A stretch of 64,000 nucleotides of DNA. It comes from Pseudomonadota bacterium (GTDB taxonomy: Bacteria; Myxococcota; JACRCW01; JAFGSX01). The notes beneath the pieces were generated by a model. The model had not been told where the DNA came from and ran no database searches. It saw only the letters and a program-made list of their open reading frames with translations. Made by a program: the position numbers and the translations under genes. Within the stretch, counting starts at the first letter, position 1. The number at the start of each line of letters is the position of its first letter. The stretch is taken from positions 1-64,000 of the forward strand of contig JBDRCO010000049.1 in NCBI GenBank assembly GCA_043821645.1. The letters run 5' to 3'. Shown one piece after another: positions 1 to 9,394 of the stretch.

Positions 1-173
1 CCTGGCAGCACTGTCAAGGGAGGCGTTCGGCACGCCCCCTCTGCGTCGGGCGCAGGTCCCGCCGCATTCACCCCTGGCAGCACTGTCGAGGACACCTCGT
101 CGCTGGCGCGACGTGGTGCCGCGGGCATTTTCTGGGTGTCCCTTGGGTACCTCGTCGCTGGGGCGACGTGGTG
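1..173. repeat. Two pairs of short hairpin-forming direct repeats
   Basis: CCTGGCAGCACTGTC at 1-15 and 73-87; ACCTCGTCGCTGG(C/G)GCGACGTGGTG at 94-118 and 149-173 (24/25 identical), each an imperfect inverted repeat. Confidence 0.7.
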
Positions 174-309
174 GCGGCGTTGGGGGTGTGGTGTCCAGGT
201 GCGCGAGTGCATCGTCCGGATGTTCACCGGTGTGGCTTGCGCGCGCGGGGGGGCTTTGGGATGATGCGCCGACTTCAGCGCGGGTGTGCCGACGCAGCCG
301 CAGTGGGGA

Positions 310-1149
310 ATGCAGGTGGCCAGTTACGAGGAGATTCTCGACAAGCTCCGCGCCATCGACGACAGCTTCGTGCCTGCTGCCGAGAATCGCTTTGCTCCCC
401 TGGTCGTTCGCGGTGCCGCTGCCGTCGACGAACTGCTGGGCCGTCTCGGCGATGACGACGCGGCCGTGCGTGCCGATGCCGCGGAAGCGCTGGGTCTCAT
501 CCGTTCAAGCAAGGCGCTGGCTCCGCTGCGCGAGCACCTGGCCGACCCCGCTCCCGCCGTGCGCTCCAACGCTGCCATCGCCCTCGTCAAGATCGGTGAC
601 GACGCGCTGTTCCCCGAGATCGTCAAGGGTCTCCGCGACGAGGATCCCAAGGTCGTCATCGGGGCTGCGGTCGCGCTCGGACGGATCGCGGACCGGCGCG
701 TGGTCCCCAATCTGGTCGAGGCCTTCAAGAGCGACGATCCCGACGTCGGCTCGGCCGTGGCCTGGGCCATGGGCCAGTGCGGCGATCCCGCGGCACTGCC
801 CTGGCTGATCACGGCCGTGGAGCAGGGCTTTGCCGCGCCCAACGCCTGTGAGGCCCTTGGACGCATCGGCGACCCCAAGGCAACCCAGGCCTTGCTCAAA
901 GCCCTGCACTCGCCCGCAGACGATACCCGGGCCTTCGCCGCCCGCGCCCTGGGAATGCTTCGGCACGAGGGCGCCGGGGGCATGCTGGGGGCTCGGATGG
1001 GCGCCATGGCTGCGAGCCAGGTTGTGCCCGGTCTCAAGCGGTTGCTCCGGGACGGCAGCAAGAAGGTCCGGCTGTGTGCCTCCATCGCCCTGTACGAGCT
1101 GGGCGAGAAGGTTGGGGGTCGGCAGCTGGTCGAGGAACTCACCGGCTGA
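310..1149 (+). CDS. HEAT/PBS-lyase-like repeat protein
   Basis: Recurrent 'L.D.D..VR..AA.ALG.IG' units; ATG 310 preferred over GTG 286. Confidence 0.88.
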   Translation: MQVASYEEILDKLRAIDDSFVPAAENRFAPLVVRGAAAVDELLGRLGDDDAAVRADAAEALGLIRSSKALAPLREHLADPAPAVRSNAAIALVKIGDDALFPEIVKGLRDEDPKVVIGAAVALGRIADRRVVPNLVEAFKSDDPDVGSAVAWAMGQCGDPAALPWLITAVEQGFAAPNACEALGRIGDPKATQALLKALHSPADDTRAFAARALGMLRHEGAGGMLGARMGAMAASQVVPGLKRLLRDGSKKVRLCASIALYELGEKVGGRQLVEELTG

Positions 1150-1216
1150 AGGGTCCCTGGCCGCGACCGGCCACCGCCACCCCCATCCTGTCGACCTCAC
1201 CACCAGGGAGTCCTCC

Positions 1217-1927
1217 ATGCTTCGCGAGTCCGCCAGCCGTCGACGGGACCGCGCTGGCGTGGTCCTCGACGCTCTATTGAAACACTTTCCCGACGCCCGC
1301 ATCGAATTGCGGTATGCCCCCGACGATGCCTGGCAGCTGCTGACGGCGGTGATGCTCAGCGCCCAGTGCACCGACGCCAAGGTCAACGCAGCGACGCCGG
1401 CTCTTTTCGCGCGTTTTCCCGACGTCCGTGCCATGGCACAAGCCCGACCGCATCAGGTCGAGCCTGTGATTCGCTCGCTGGGGCTGGCGCCCACCAAGGC
1501 GCGCAACCTGGTGGCGGCAGCTCGCACCGTCGTGGCGAGTCATGCTGGCCGTGTGCCGGGTACGCGTGAGGAACTCGAGGCTCTGCCTGGGATAGGGCGC
1601 AAGTCGGCGAGCGTGATCCTAGCGAACGCTTTTGGTGTTCCTGCGCTTGCGGTCGACACGCATGTCGGACGCATTTCCCGGCGCCTCGGGTTGACGACGG
1701 AGAAGGACCCGGACAAGGTCGAGTCTGTCCTCGAGGCGCTGTGGCCCGAGGAGCGGTGGCTCGGAGCCCACCACGCCTTGATCTGGCTCGGGCGGCGCAT
1801 CTGCCACTCTCGAAAGCCGTTATGCGAGATGTGCCCTGTGCAGGTCTGGTGCCCGCAGATCGGCGTTCCGATGCTGTCTGCGAGGCCTGACCCGGGAACG
1901 CGCGAACGTACCCCGGGGAGGCGTTGA
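1217..1927 (+). CDS. nth: Endonuclease III
   Basis: LSAQCTD, HhH LPGIGRKSA, AVDTHV, 4Fe-4S motif CHSRKPLCEMCPVQVWC; GGGAG before ATG 1217. Confidence 0.95.
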   Translation: MLRESASRRRDRAGVVLDALLKHFPDARIELRYAPDDAWQLLTAVMLSAQCTDAKVNAATPALFARFPDVRAMAQARPHQVEPVIRSLGLAPTKARNLVAAARTVVASHAGRVPGTREELEALPGIGRKSASVILANAFGVPALAVDTHVGRISRRLGLTTEKDPDKVESVLEALWPEERWLGAHHALIWLGRRICHSRKPLCEMCPVQVWCPQIGVPMLSARPDPGTRERTPGRR

Positions 1928-1933
1928 GCAGCG

Positions 1934-3268
1934 TCACCGGTACTTGAGGAAGGACCGGATCATGTCGCGCACGACCTCGTCGAGCGTCACATTCTTGGTG
2001 CGCGAGATCTCCTGCAAGCCGCTGAGTTCCTCCTGGCTGAGGCGCACCGGGACGGTCTGGGTCGGGGCGCTTCCGCTGCGGCTGACCTGGGTTTTCTGGT
2101 CCGTGCCCTCTCCCGAGCGCAGGAAGCTCTCGCCCTGAGGCGCCTCTTCCTCCTCCACTCCCGGGTCGGACAGCGCCCGAGCACCCACGTCCTCGGGCTC
2201 AACGATCTGGGCTTCGAAGTCTTCGATGCGGGCCTGGGCTGCACGCATCAGCTGGACCTGCTCGACCTCAAGCTCGTCCTCGAACAATTGCTTGATGAAG
2301 TTGCTCAGGTGGATGTTGGACGGGGTGAACTCGTGCCCGCCGAGGAAGGTATCGATGTCGAGCTGCATGTCCCACGCGGAGGGGTAGCGTCGCTCGCGGT
2401 CCTTCTCCAGTGCCTTGAGCAGGATACGTTCGATGGCCTCGGGCACGTCCTCCTTGAAGTAGCTGGGCGGGTAGATCTTGCCGTCGACGATGGCCTTGAG
2501 GATGGCCATCTCGTTTTCACCTGTGAATAGCTTGTAGCCGGTGACCCACTCGTAAAGCACGGTGCCGATCGAGAACACGTCGGAACGGTGATCGAGAACT
2601 TGCCCGAGGCATTGTTCCGGCGACATGTACGAGAGCTTGCCCTTGATCTCGCCGGCGCGGGTCTGCTCGAGCTGGCTGGTCGCCTTGGCGATACCGAAGT
2701 CGAGGATCTTCACGTTGCCCGTGAACGACACCACGATGTTCTCGGGGGTGATGTCCCGGTGCACGATGTTCAGGGGCTTGCCGTACGCGTCGGTACGGTT
2801 GTGTGCGTAGTAGAGGCCCTCGAGAACACTGGACGCGACCTTGAGCGCGTAGACCAGGGGGAAGGGGATGCCCTTCTTCTCGGCCTTGGGGATGATGCGG
2901 CTCATGTCCCGGCCGGAGACGTACTCCATGGCGATGAAGTAGCTCTGGCCGACGCGGCCCAGATCGTAGATCTGGACGATGTTGGGGTGGTTGAGCTGGG
3001 CCGCCAGCTTGGCCTCGTTGAGGAACATGTTGACGAAGGCGGGCTGGCTCGACAGGTGAGGTCGGATGCGCTTGAGGCAGATGATCTTCTCGAAACCCTC
3101 GACGCCCGCTTGGCGGGCCAGGAAGATCTCGGCCATGCCCCCGACGGCGATGCGATTGAGCAGAGTGTACTTGCCGAATCGAGTCCCGCGCATCGGGCGC
3201 AGCAGGCCGCGAGGGGACGCCGCGGACTGTCTCGGGCTGCTGCGCGAGCTCTCCACGCGATCACCCAC
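1934..3268 (-). CDS. Cytoplasmic Hanks-type Ser/Thr protein kinase with C-terminal ribbon-helix-helix-like segment
   Basis: AVGGMAEIF, CLKRI, HRDITPEN, DFGIAK, YMSPEQ, RSDVFS; no transmembrane helix; start may be ATG 3193. Confidence 0.93.
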   Translation of the reverse strand: MGDRVESSRSSPRQSAASPRGLLRPMRGTRFGKYTLLNRIAVGGMAEIFLARQAGVEGFEKIICLKRIRPHLSSQPAFVNMFLNEAKLAAQLNHPNIVQIYDLGRVGQSYFIAMEYVSGRDMSRIIPKAEKKGIPFPLVYALKVASSVLEGLYYAHNRTDAYGKPLNIVHRDITPENIVVSFTGNVKILDFGIAKATSQLEQTRAGEIKGKLSYMSPEQCLGQVLDHRSDVFSIGTVLYEWVTGYKLFTGENEMAILKAIVDGKIYPPSYFKEDVPEAIERILLKALEKDRERRYPSAWDMQLDIDTFLGGHEFTPSNIHLSNFIKQLFEDELEVEQVQLMRAAQARIEDFEAQIVEPEDVGARALSDPGVEEEEAPQGESFLRSGEGTDQKTQVSRSGSAPTQTVPVRLSQEELSGLQEISRTKNVTLDEVVRDMIRSFLKYR

Positions 3269-3271
3269 TGT

Positions 3272-4586
3272 CTAGCGCTGCTTTCGCCGCAGCAGGGCCA
3301 CGGCACGTTCGGCGTCGTCGGCGACGAGGTCCTGGTCCAGGGCCACCAGTTGGCGGTCGCGCACCACGAACTGACCATCGACCAGCACATGCCGAACATC
3401 GCTGGAGCGCGCCGAGAACAACAAAGCCCGGGCGGGATCTGCGCCGGCACGCTGGTGCGTGCTCGACATGTCGATGATCGCAAGGTCTGCACGCTTGCCG
3501 GGCTGGACGCTGCCGATTTCGCTGTCCAGGCCCAGCGCCTCGGCACCGCGCAGGGTCGCCATCTCCAGCAGCTGCCAGGGGTCCACCGGTGCACCACCCG
3601 GCCGGGTGCGGGTGGCCAGGGCCAGCACGCGCAGGGCCTCGAGAACGTCGTGGCTACCTGCCGTGACCACGCTCCCCGTGCCCAGGGATACGTGGATGCC
3701 TTGCTGCATCCACTCGGTGGCCTTGGTCAGGCCCGCCCCGCTGCGCAACTCGGCCACGGGGCAGTGGGCGACCCGCGTTCCGGACTCCTTGAGCAGCTTG
3801 TGGTCGCGGGCGGTCAACCACACGCAGTGGGCCAGCACCACATCGGTGCCTGTGAGCCCCACGTCGTGGAGGTGGGCCAGGGTCTCGCCGCCAAAGCGGG
3901 CCCTGAACTGTTCGACTTCTGCCGAGGTCCAGGCTGCCCGGGCATGCACCAGGCATCCCGCCCCTCTGGCCCGACCGATGACCTCGACCAGTAGTTCCTC
4001 GCTACAGCCCAGCACGTCCCAGGGAAGGTAGGCGTAGCGTAGCCGGCCGTCGGCCGATCCGTGCCACAACTTGCGTAGCTTCTCGGTCTCGGCCAGGGCA
4101 GCGCGGACGCGATCCCGAGATCCGCCGCTGCCCTCGGGCTCTCCCAGCACCTTGCCCGTCGTCAGCCGGATGCCAGTCTCGCGCCCCGCCTCGAACAGCG
4201 CCTCCACGTGGTGGCGACTGCCCGCGTCGAGCACGGAGGTGGTCCCGCCAAGAGCACACTGGGCCAGACCCAGCCGCGCCGAGGCCCGCATCATCTCCGG
4301 GGTGAGTTTTGCCTCGAGCGCCGTCAGAGCACTCTCATCGACCAGGGAGACCTCGTCGACGAAGCTGCGCAGCAGCGTGTGCGCCAGCCGCACGTGAGAT
4401 TGTACAAAGCCCGGTAGCACCACACAGCCGCTGATGTCCACGACGGTGGCGGGCCGTCGAAGCTCGCGACGTGCGTCGGGACCGAGCGCCAGCACGCGAC
4501 CCTCGCGGATCACGATGTCGCCCCTGCACGACCGTGCGCGCCGGGACCATGGGCAACACCTGCCCGCCGCGCAGCACCATGTCCAT
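3272..4586 (-). CDS. Amidohydrolase (MtaD/5'-deoxyadenosine deaminase-like) with degenerate active site; 1-nt frameshift near the 5' end
   Basis: VLPGFVQSH, GGTTSVLD, VLAHCVW, GSVQPGKRADL, DVRHVLVDG; MDMVLRGGQV..VQG joins DIVIREG if one base of the C4 run at 4521-4524 is removed. Confidence 0.85.
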
Positions 4587-4589
4587 GGC

Positions 4590-5036
4590 TCAGCGCCTCC
4601 TCTGGACCTGTGAAGGATCGAAGCGACGCGGGAGCAGCGTCGAAAGCTTCAGACGCATGATGCGTCCCTCGGGATTGGTGAGCAGCACCCGCAACTCGGG
4701 AGCGAACTCTGCCAGCACCTGTCGGCAGGCGCCGCAGGGGCTCGCCGGCTCCCGCAAGTCGGTGGCGATGGCGATGGCCTTGAACTCGCGCTCGCCCGCC
4801 GCCACGGCCGCTGCCACGGCATTGCGCTCCGCACAGATCGTCAGGCCAAAGGATGCGTTCTCGACATTGCATCCCGTGAAGACCCGGCCCGAGCTCGTGC
4901 GCAGAGCCGCCCCGACAGAGAATTTCGAGTAGGGAGCATGGGCGTTGTTCCGAGCTGCCAGTGCCAGCGCGCAGAGTTCTCGCTCGGATGAGCGCGAGGG
5001 CACGGTGGCCCTGGATGTCGCGCGCGTGTTCGGCAT
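4590..5036 (-). CDS. cdd: Cytidine deaminase (homotetrameric type)
   Basis: HAPYSKFSVGAAL, GCNVENASFGLTICAER, SPCGACRQ; GGAGGAG RBS. Confidence 0.96.
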   Translation of the reverse strand: MPNTRATSRATVPSRSSERELCALALAARNNAHAPYSKFSVGAALRTSSGRVFTGCNVENASFGLTICAERNAVAAAVAAGEREFKAIAIATDLREPASPCGACRQVLAEFAPELRVLLTNPEGRIMRLKLSTLLPRRFDPSQVQRRR

Positions 5037-5057
5037 ACAGCAACTCCTCCCGCGCGG

Positions 5058-5096
5058 ATTGTAGATGAAGACGTGCGGGGCGTCCGCAGGTTTTTT
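5058..5096 (-). promoter_or_regulatory. Possible internal promoter for cdd-amidohydrolase-kinase
   Basis: Minus-strand TACAAT (5063-5058), inverted repeat TGCGG-N5-CCGCA (5074-5088) over the -35 zone, A6 tract (5091-5096). Confidence 0.35.
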
Positions 5097-5234
5097 GTCG
5101 ACGGAGCGACGTGACAGGCTCGGGCCTGCTTGCGCAGGAGGCTGCTCCGGCCCGGGGGGAAGGCGACACGAGGTGCGTCGTCCAGGGCGGCATCGGGAGG
5201 CCGCCGAGCCCGGATCAAGCCTGGCGGCCCTGGT

Positions 5235-6104
5235 TCAACCCAGGGTCTGCCCAACCTCCGGGACCAGGTCCTGCAAGAGGCCCACGAAGGCCGAGGTGAC
5301 CCGGTCCGCGGTCTCCTTGACCTCGTCGTGGTTCAGGGGTTGCGACGAGATGCCGGCCGCCAGGTTGGTGATGCAGGAGATGCCGAGGACAGGTACCCCG
5401 CGATGGCCACAGGCGATGGCCTCGGGCACGGTCGACATGCCGACCGCATCCACTCCCCAGCGCTGGAACATGCGGATCTCTGCCGGCGTCTCGTAGGACG
5501 GCCCGAGCAGGCCGAGGTAGACGCCGCTCTTGAGCGCCAGGCCGCGCCGTGCGGCGACTTTGGAAGCCAGTTCGCGCAGGGCTCGTGAGTAGGTATCTGA
5601 CATGTCGGGAAAGCGGGGCCCCAGGCGATCGTCGTTGGCTCCGACGAGGGGATTGTGCGAGCTCAGGTTGATGTGGTCCCGGATCAACATCAGGTCACCG
5701 GGCTGCAACCCGTCACCGAGTCCCCCGGCGGCATTGGTGAGGATCAGGACCCGCGCTCCGAGTTCCATCAGGACCCGCACCGGGAACACCACCTGCTGAG
5801 GGCTGTAGCCCTCGTACATGTGCACGCGCCCCTGCATGACGAGCGCCGTGGTGCCGCCCAGGGAGCCCACCACGAGCTGGGATTTGTGGCCTGACACGCT
5901 GCCCTGCGGAAAGTGCGGGATCTCGGCATAGGCCAGTGCCTGCGCCTTGTCGAGCTGGTCGGCAAAGGCACCCAGACCCGAGCCCAGGACCACACCCACG
6001 CGCGGGCCCGGAGGCAGCGAGATGCGCTCGCGCACGAAGGCCGCGGCTGCTGCGATCTGTTCGTAGCCTGGACTGTCCATGAGAACCTCCGGGTGGGTCA
6101 CCAC
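5235..6104 (-). CDS. punA: Purine nucleoside phosphorylase (trimeric type)
   Basis: VLGSGLG, QGRVHMYEG, TNAAGG, GPSYETPAE, VGMSTVPE, ITNLAAG. Confidence 0.95.
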   Translation of the reverse strand: MVTHPEVLMDSPGYEQIAAAAAFVRERISLPPGPRVGVVLGSGLGAFADQLDKAQALAYAEIPHFPQGSVSGHKSQLVVGSLGGTTALVMQGRVHMYEGYSPQQVVFPVRVLMELGARVLILTNAAGGLGDGLQPGDLMLIRDHINLSSHNPLVGANDDRLGPRFPDMSDTYSRALRELASKVAARRGLALKSGVYLGLLGPSYETPAEIRMFQRWGVDAVGMSTVPEAIACGHRGVPVLGISCITNLAAGISSQPLNHDEVKETADRVTSAFVGLLQDLVPEVGQTLG

Positions 6105-6144
6105 CTCGCGATGTGCGCTACCTCGCCCGGCGGGCGGCGTCGAA

Positions 6145-7821
6145 TCACAACAGCATTCCTGCCACGGTGGCGGTCATGAAAGCGGCGAGGGTGCCACCGA
6201 TCATGGCGCGCAGGCCCATGCGTGCCAGGTCCTGCCGGCGCTCAGGCGCGATGCCACCGATGCCGCCAATCTGGATCGCGATCGAGCCGAAGTTGGCGAA
6301 GCCACACAGGGCGTAGGTCGCGATGACGATGGAACGCGGGTGCGCGATCTGGTTGCTGGCCAGCATGCCGGCCAATTGCTGGTAGGCGACAAACTCGTTG
6401 AGGATGGTCTTGACGCCCAGCAGCGAGCCGATGAGGGGCGCGTCCTGCCAGGGCACACCCATCAGCCAGGCCAGGGGTGCGAGCAGGATACCGAGAATGC
6501 GCTCCATCGACCACGGCATCCAGCTGGTGACATCGCGGACCGTGCCATCGTGCAGGACCTGGTCGAGACACTGCTTGAGGGCCAGGGCACCATCTGGCTC
6601 GGCGCAGCCTGCGGGGAGCGGGAGGCCGGCCCGGCCCAGGGCGTCCACGGCATGCCCCCAGGCAGCCTGGTTGTGCCATAGCGCTGGAAGCCCGATCAGG
6701 GCATTGGCCATGGCCACCAGGGCGATGAAGGCCAGCAACATGGCGCCGACGTTGAGGGCGAGCTTGAGTCCGTCTCCTGCGCCGCGCGAGGCCGCATCGA
6801 TCAGATTGGCGTCGATGCGCTCGACCTTCAGGCGCACCGTGCCGCGGGTCACCGGGTCTCCGTCCTCGGGCCACATGAGCTTGGCGCAGACCAGGGCTGC
6901 CGGCGCACTCATGACGCTGGCCGACAGGAGATGGCCGGCGATGTCCGGGAAGAAGGGATGCAGCATGCCCACGTAGGCCGCCATGACGCCGCCAGCGACG
7001 GTGGCGAAGCCACCCACCATCACCGCCATCAGCTCGCTCAGGGTCATGGTGGCGACGTAGGGCTTGATGAGCAGCGGCGCCTCGGTTTGCCCGACGAAGA
7101 TATTGCCCGCTGCGCTCAGGGTCTCGGCGCCCGAGGTGCGCATGGTCTTCTGCATGACCCAGGCAAAGACCCGCACCACATGCTGCATCACACCGAGGTG
7201 GTACAGCACGGTCATCAGCGAGGAGAAGAACACGATGGTGGGGAGCACTCCGAAGGCGAAAGTGGCGCCGACGCTGGCCCAGTTGCCACTGGCCTGGATG
7301 GGAGCGAAGGGGCCGGCCGCCGCGCCCACCGGCACGTTGGCGGTCCGCGCCAGATTTCCGAACAGGAAGCTGGACCCGGCCTCGGTGAACGAGAGCAGGG
7401 CCATGAATGCGCTGTTGACGACGGAGAACAGCTGCTCTCCGAGGGAGGTCTTGATGACCAGGAGGCCGAACAGGAATTGCAGGCCCAGCCCCCAGGCCAC
7501 CAGCCTCCAGTCGACGCGCCGGTGCGAACGGCTCAGGGCGAAGGCGATGCCCAGCAGCACGCCCAGCCCGAGCAGGCTCATCAGTCGCCCACTCCAGCTC
7601 GTCGTCACTGCCAGCTTCTTGAACTGGCTCAGGTTCACCGGGGCCGGCGCTTCCGGCAGCGGCGTCGGAGTGGGAGGTGCAGCCTGCGCAGCAAGGACCT
7701 CGCCGGCATCCTCGGGCCCGGCGGGTTGCACCCGGTTCGCGTCCTCCGTGGCCAGGACCTGCGAAGAGACGGTCACACCGAGCGCGACGACCAGGGCAAT
7801 GTGCAGGGCGCGCATCCGCAT
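6145..7821 (-). CDS. nupC: CNT family nucleoside transporter
   Basis: VLPTIVFFSSL, GNIFVGQTEAPL, GFATVAG, NEFVAY, YALCGFANFGSIAIQIGG. Confidence 0.93.
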   Translation of the reverse strand: MRMRALHIALVVALGVTVSSQVLATEDANRVQPAGPEDAGEVLAAQAAPPTPTPLPEAPAPVNLSQFKKLAVTTSWSGRLMSLLGLGVLLGIAFALSRSHRRVDWRLVAWGLGLQFLFGLLVIKTSLGEQLFSVVNSAFMALLSFTEAGSSFLFGNLARTANVPVGAAAGPFAPIQASGNWASVGATFAFGVLPTIVFFSSLMTVLYHLGVMQHVVRVFAWVMQKTMRTSGAETLSAAGNIFVGQTEAPLLIKPYVATMTLSELMAVMVGGFATVAGGVMAAYVGMLHPFFPDIAGHLLSASVMSAPAALVCAKLMWPEDGDPVTRGTVRLKVERIDANLIDAASRGAGDGLKLALNVGAMLLAFIALVAMANALIGLPALWHNQAAWGHAVDALGRAGLPLPAGCAEPDGALALKQCLDQVLHDGTVRDVTSWMPWSMERILGILLAPLAWLMGVPWQDAPLIGSLLGVKTILNEFVAYQQLAGMLASNQIAHPRSIVIATYALCGFANFGSIAIQIGGIGGIAPERRQDLARMGLRAMIGGTLAAFMTATVAGMLL

Positions 7822-7838
7822 CCTCCCTCGCCGGGGCT

Positions 7839-9146
7839 TCAGGCCAGGCGCTCGATGACCAGGTGGCCCTGGGGCGGCGCCTCGTGAGCCAGGGTCACCG
7901 CGGCGCGCAGGCGCAGGCAGCAGGCCTCGACGCCTCGATCGTTGTGGTGAATGTCGAACAGCGGCTCGCCGCGCTGCACGCGTTCGCCGACTTTCTTCTT
8001 CACGTGCAGACCGACCGCAGGGTCGATGACGTCGCTGGCGCGGGCGCGGCCACCACCCAGTTCCATGGCGGCGATGCCCACCTGCTCGGAATCGATCGCA
8101 GCCAGTACGCCGTCCTGCTCTGCCAGCAGCGGCTCCACGTGGGCGGCCTGTGGCAGCAAGGTCACGTCGTCGACGACCCGGGGATCCCCGCCCTGGGCTG
8201 CGATGATCTTCTTAAAGGTCTCGGCGCCACTGCCATCCTGAAGAGCCGTGTGCACCCGCGTGCTCCCTTCGTCGAGGGTCGTCGCCACTCCGGCGAGCAG
8301 CAACATCTCGCCACCCAGGGTGCAGACCAGCTCCACGATGTCGTCGGGACCCTTCCCGTGCAGGGTCTCGATGGATTCGCGGGTCTCGACAGCATTCCCG
8401 ACCCAGCGCCCCAGGGGCTGATCCATGCGCGTGAGGTAGGCCACGACCTGCTTGCCCATGGCGCGGCCTGTGCCCACCATCTTGCGCGCCAGGGTCCGCG
8501 CGTCGGTCTCTGTCTTCATGAAGGCGCCGGATCCCACCTTGACGTCGAGCACCAGGGCGTCGATGCCCTCTGCCAGCTTCTTGGACATGATGGACGAGGT
8601 GATGAGGGGGATGCAGTCCACCGTCGCCGTCACGTCGCGAAGGGCATAGAGCTTCTTGTCCGCGGGCGCCAGCGACGAGGTCTGGCCGATGAGGCAGCAC
8701 CCCACGTCGCGCACCGCGTCGTGAAAGCGCTGCTCGTCGAGGTCGACGCGAAAGCCCGGGATGGACTCCAGCTTGTCCAGGGTGCCACCGGTGTGGCCAA
8801 GTCCGCGGCCGCTGATCATCGGGATCTTGACGCCACAGGCCGCCACGGCGGGTGCCAGGGGCAAGGAGATCTTGTCGCCGACGCCACCGGTGGAATGCTT
8901 GTCCACATTGACGCCCGGGATGTCGCTGAAGTCAAGCACCGTACCCGAGCGCAGCATGGCCTGGGTCAATGCGCCCAGCTCGTCATCCGCGAGATCCTGG
9001 AAGAAGACCGCCATGGCGAAGGCCGCCATCTGGTAGTCGGGGATGTCGCCTCGCGTGTAGCCCTCGATCAGCCACTGGATCTGCTCTGGCGCCAGGTGCT
9101 GTCCATCGCGTTTGGACTTGATGATGTCGTAGGCACGCATGCTCAC
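7839..9146 (-). CDS. pdp: Pyrimidine-nucleoside/thymidine phosphorylase
   Basis: DKHSTGGVGDK, SGRGLGHTGGTLDKLESIPG, SIMSKK, DVKVGSGAFMK. Confidence 0.96.
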   Translation of the reverse strand: MSMRAYDIIKSKRDGQHLAPEQIQWLIEGYTRGDIPDYQMAAFAMAVFFQDLADDELGALTQAMLRSGTVLDFSDIPGVNVDKHSTGGVGDKISLPLAPAVAACGVKIPMISGRGLGHTGGTLDKLESIPGFRVDLDEQRFHDAVRDVGCCLIGQTSSLAPADKKLYALRDVTATVDCIPLITSSIMSKKLAEGIDALVLDVKVGSGAFMKTETDARTLARKMVGTGRAMGKQVVAYLTRMDQPLGRWVGNAVETRESIETLHGKGPDDIVELVCTLGGEMLLLAGVATTLDEGSTRVHTALQDGSGAETFKKIIAAQGGDPRVVDDVTLLPQAAHVEPLLAEQDGVLAAIDSEQVGIAAMELGGGRARASDVIDPAVGLHVKKKVGERVQRGEPLFDIHHNDRGVEACCLRLRAAVTLAHEAPPQGHLVIERLA

Positions 9147-9394
9147 GGTCTCCGCCAGTGATGAAGAATTCTGTCATATCAATGGGATGCAAAGGAGGTC
9201 AACGTGAGCCGGGAAGATTCGGAGCACGATTGCGCTCGGCACACATACATACACCCACAATTCCCCACCATCCTCCGGATGACGGATGGTTTCAAACAGC
9301 GGCCACAAGTCCACGTCGACGGCGCTAATGTAGGAAGGCTGCGGGCGCGAGCGTCCCGTCATGAAATGAAGTCCGGGTGGGGTCTGGAGTGGTG

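Noticed and set aside
1-173. Possible CRISPR array
   Set aside because: Only two copies each of two different units, irregular spacing, and no cas genes in the window.
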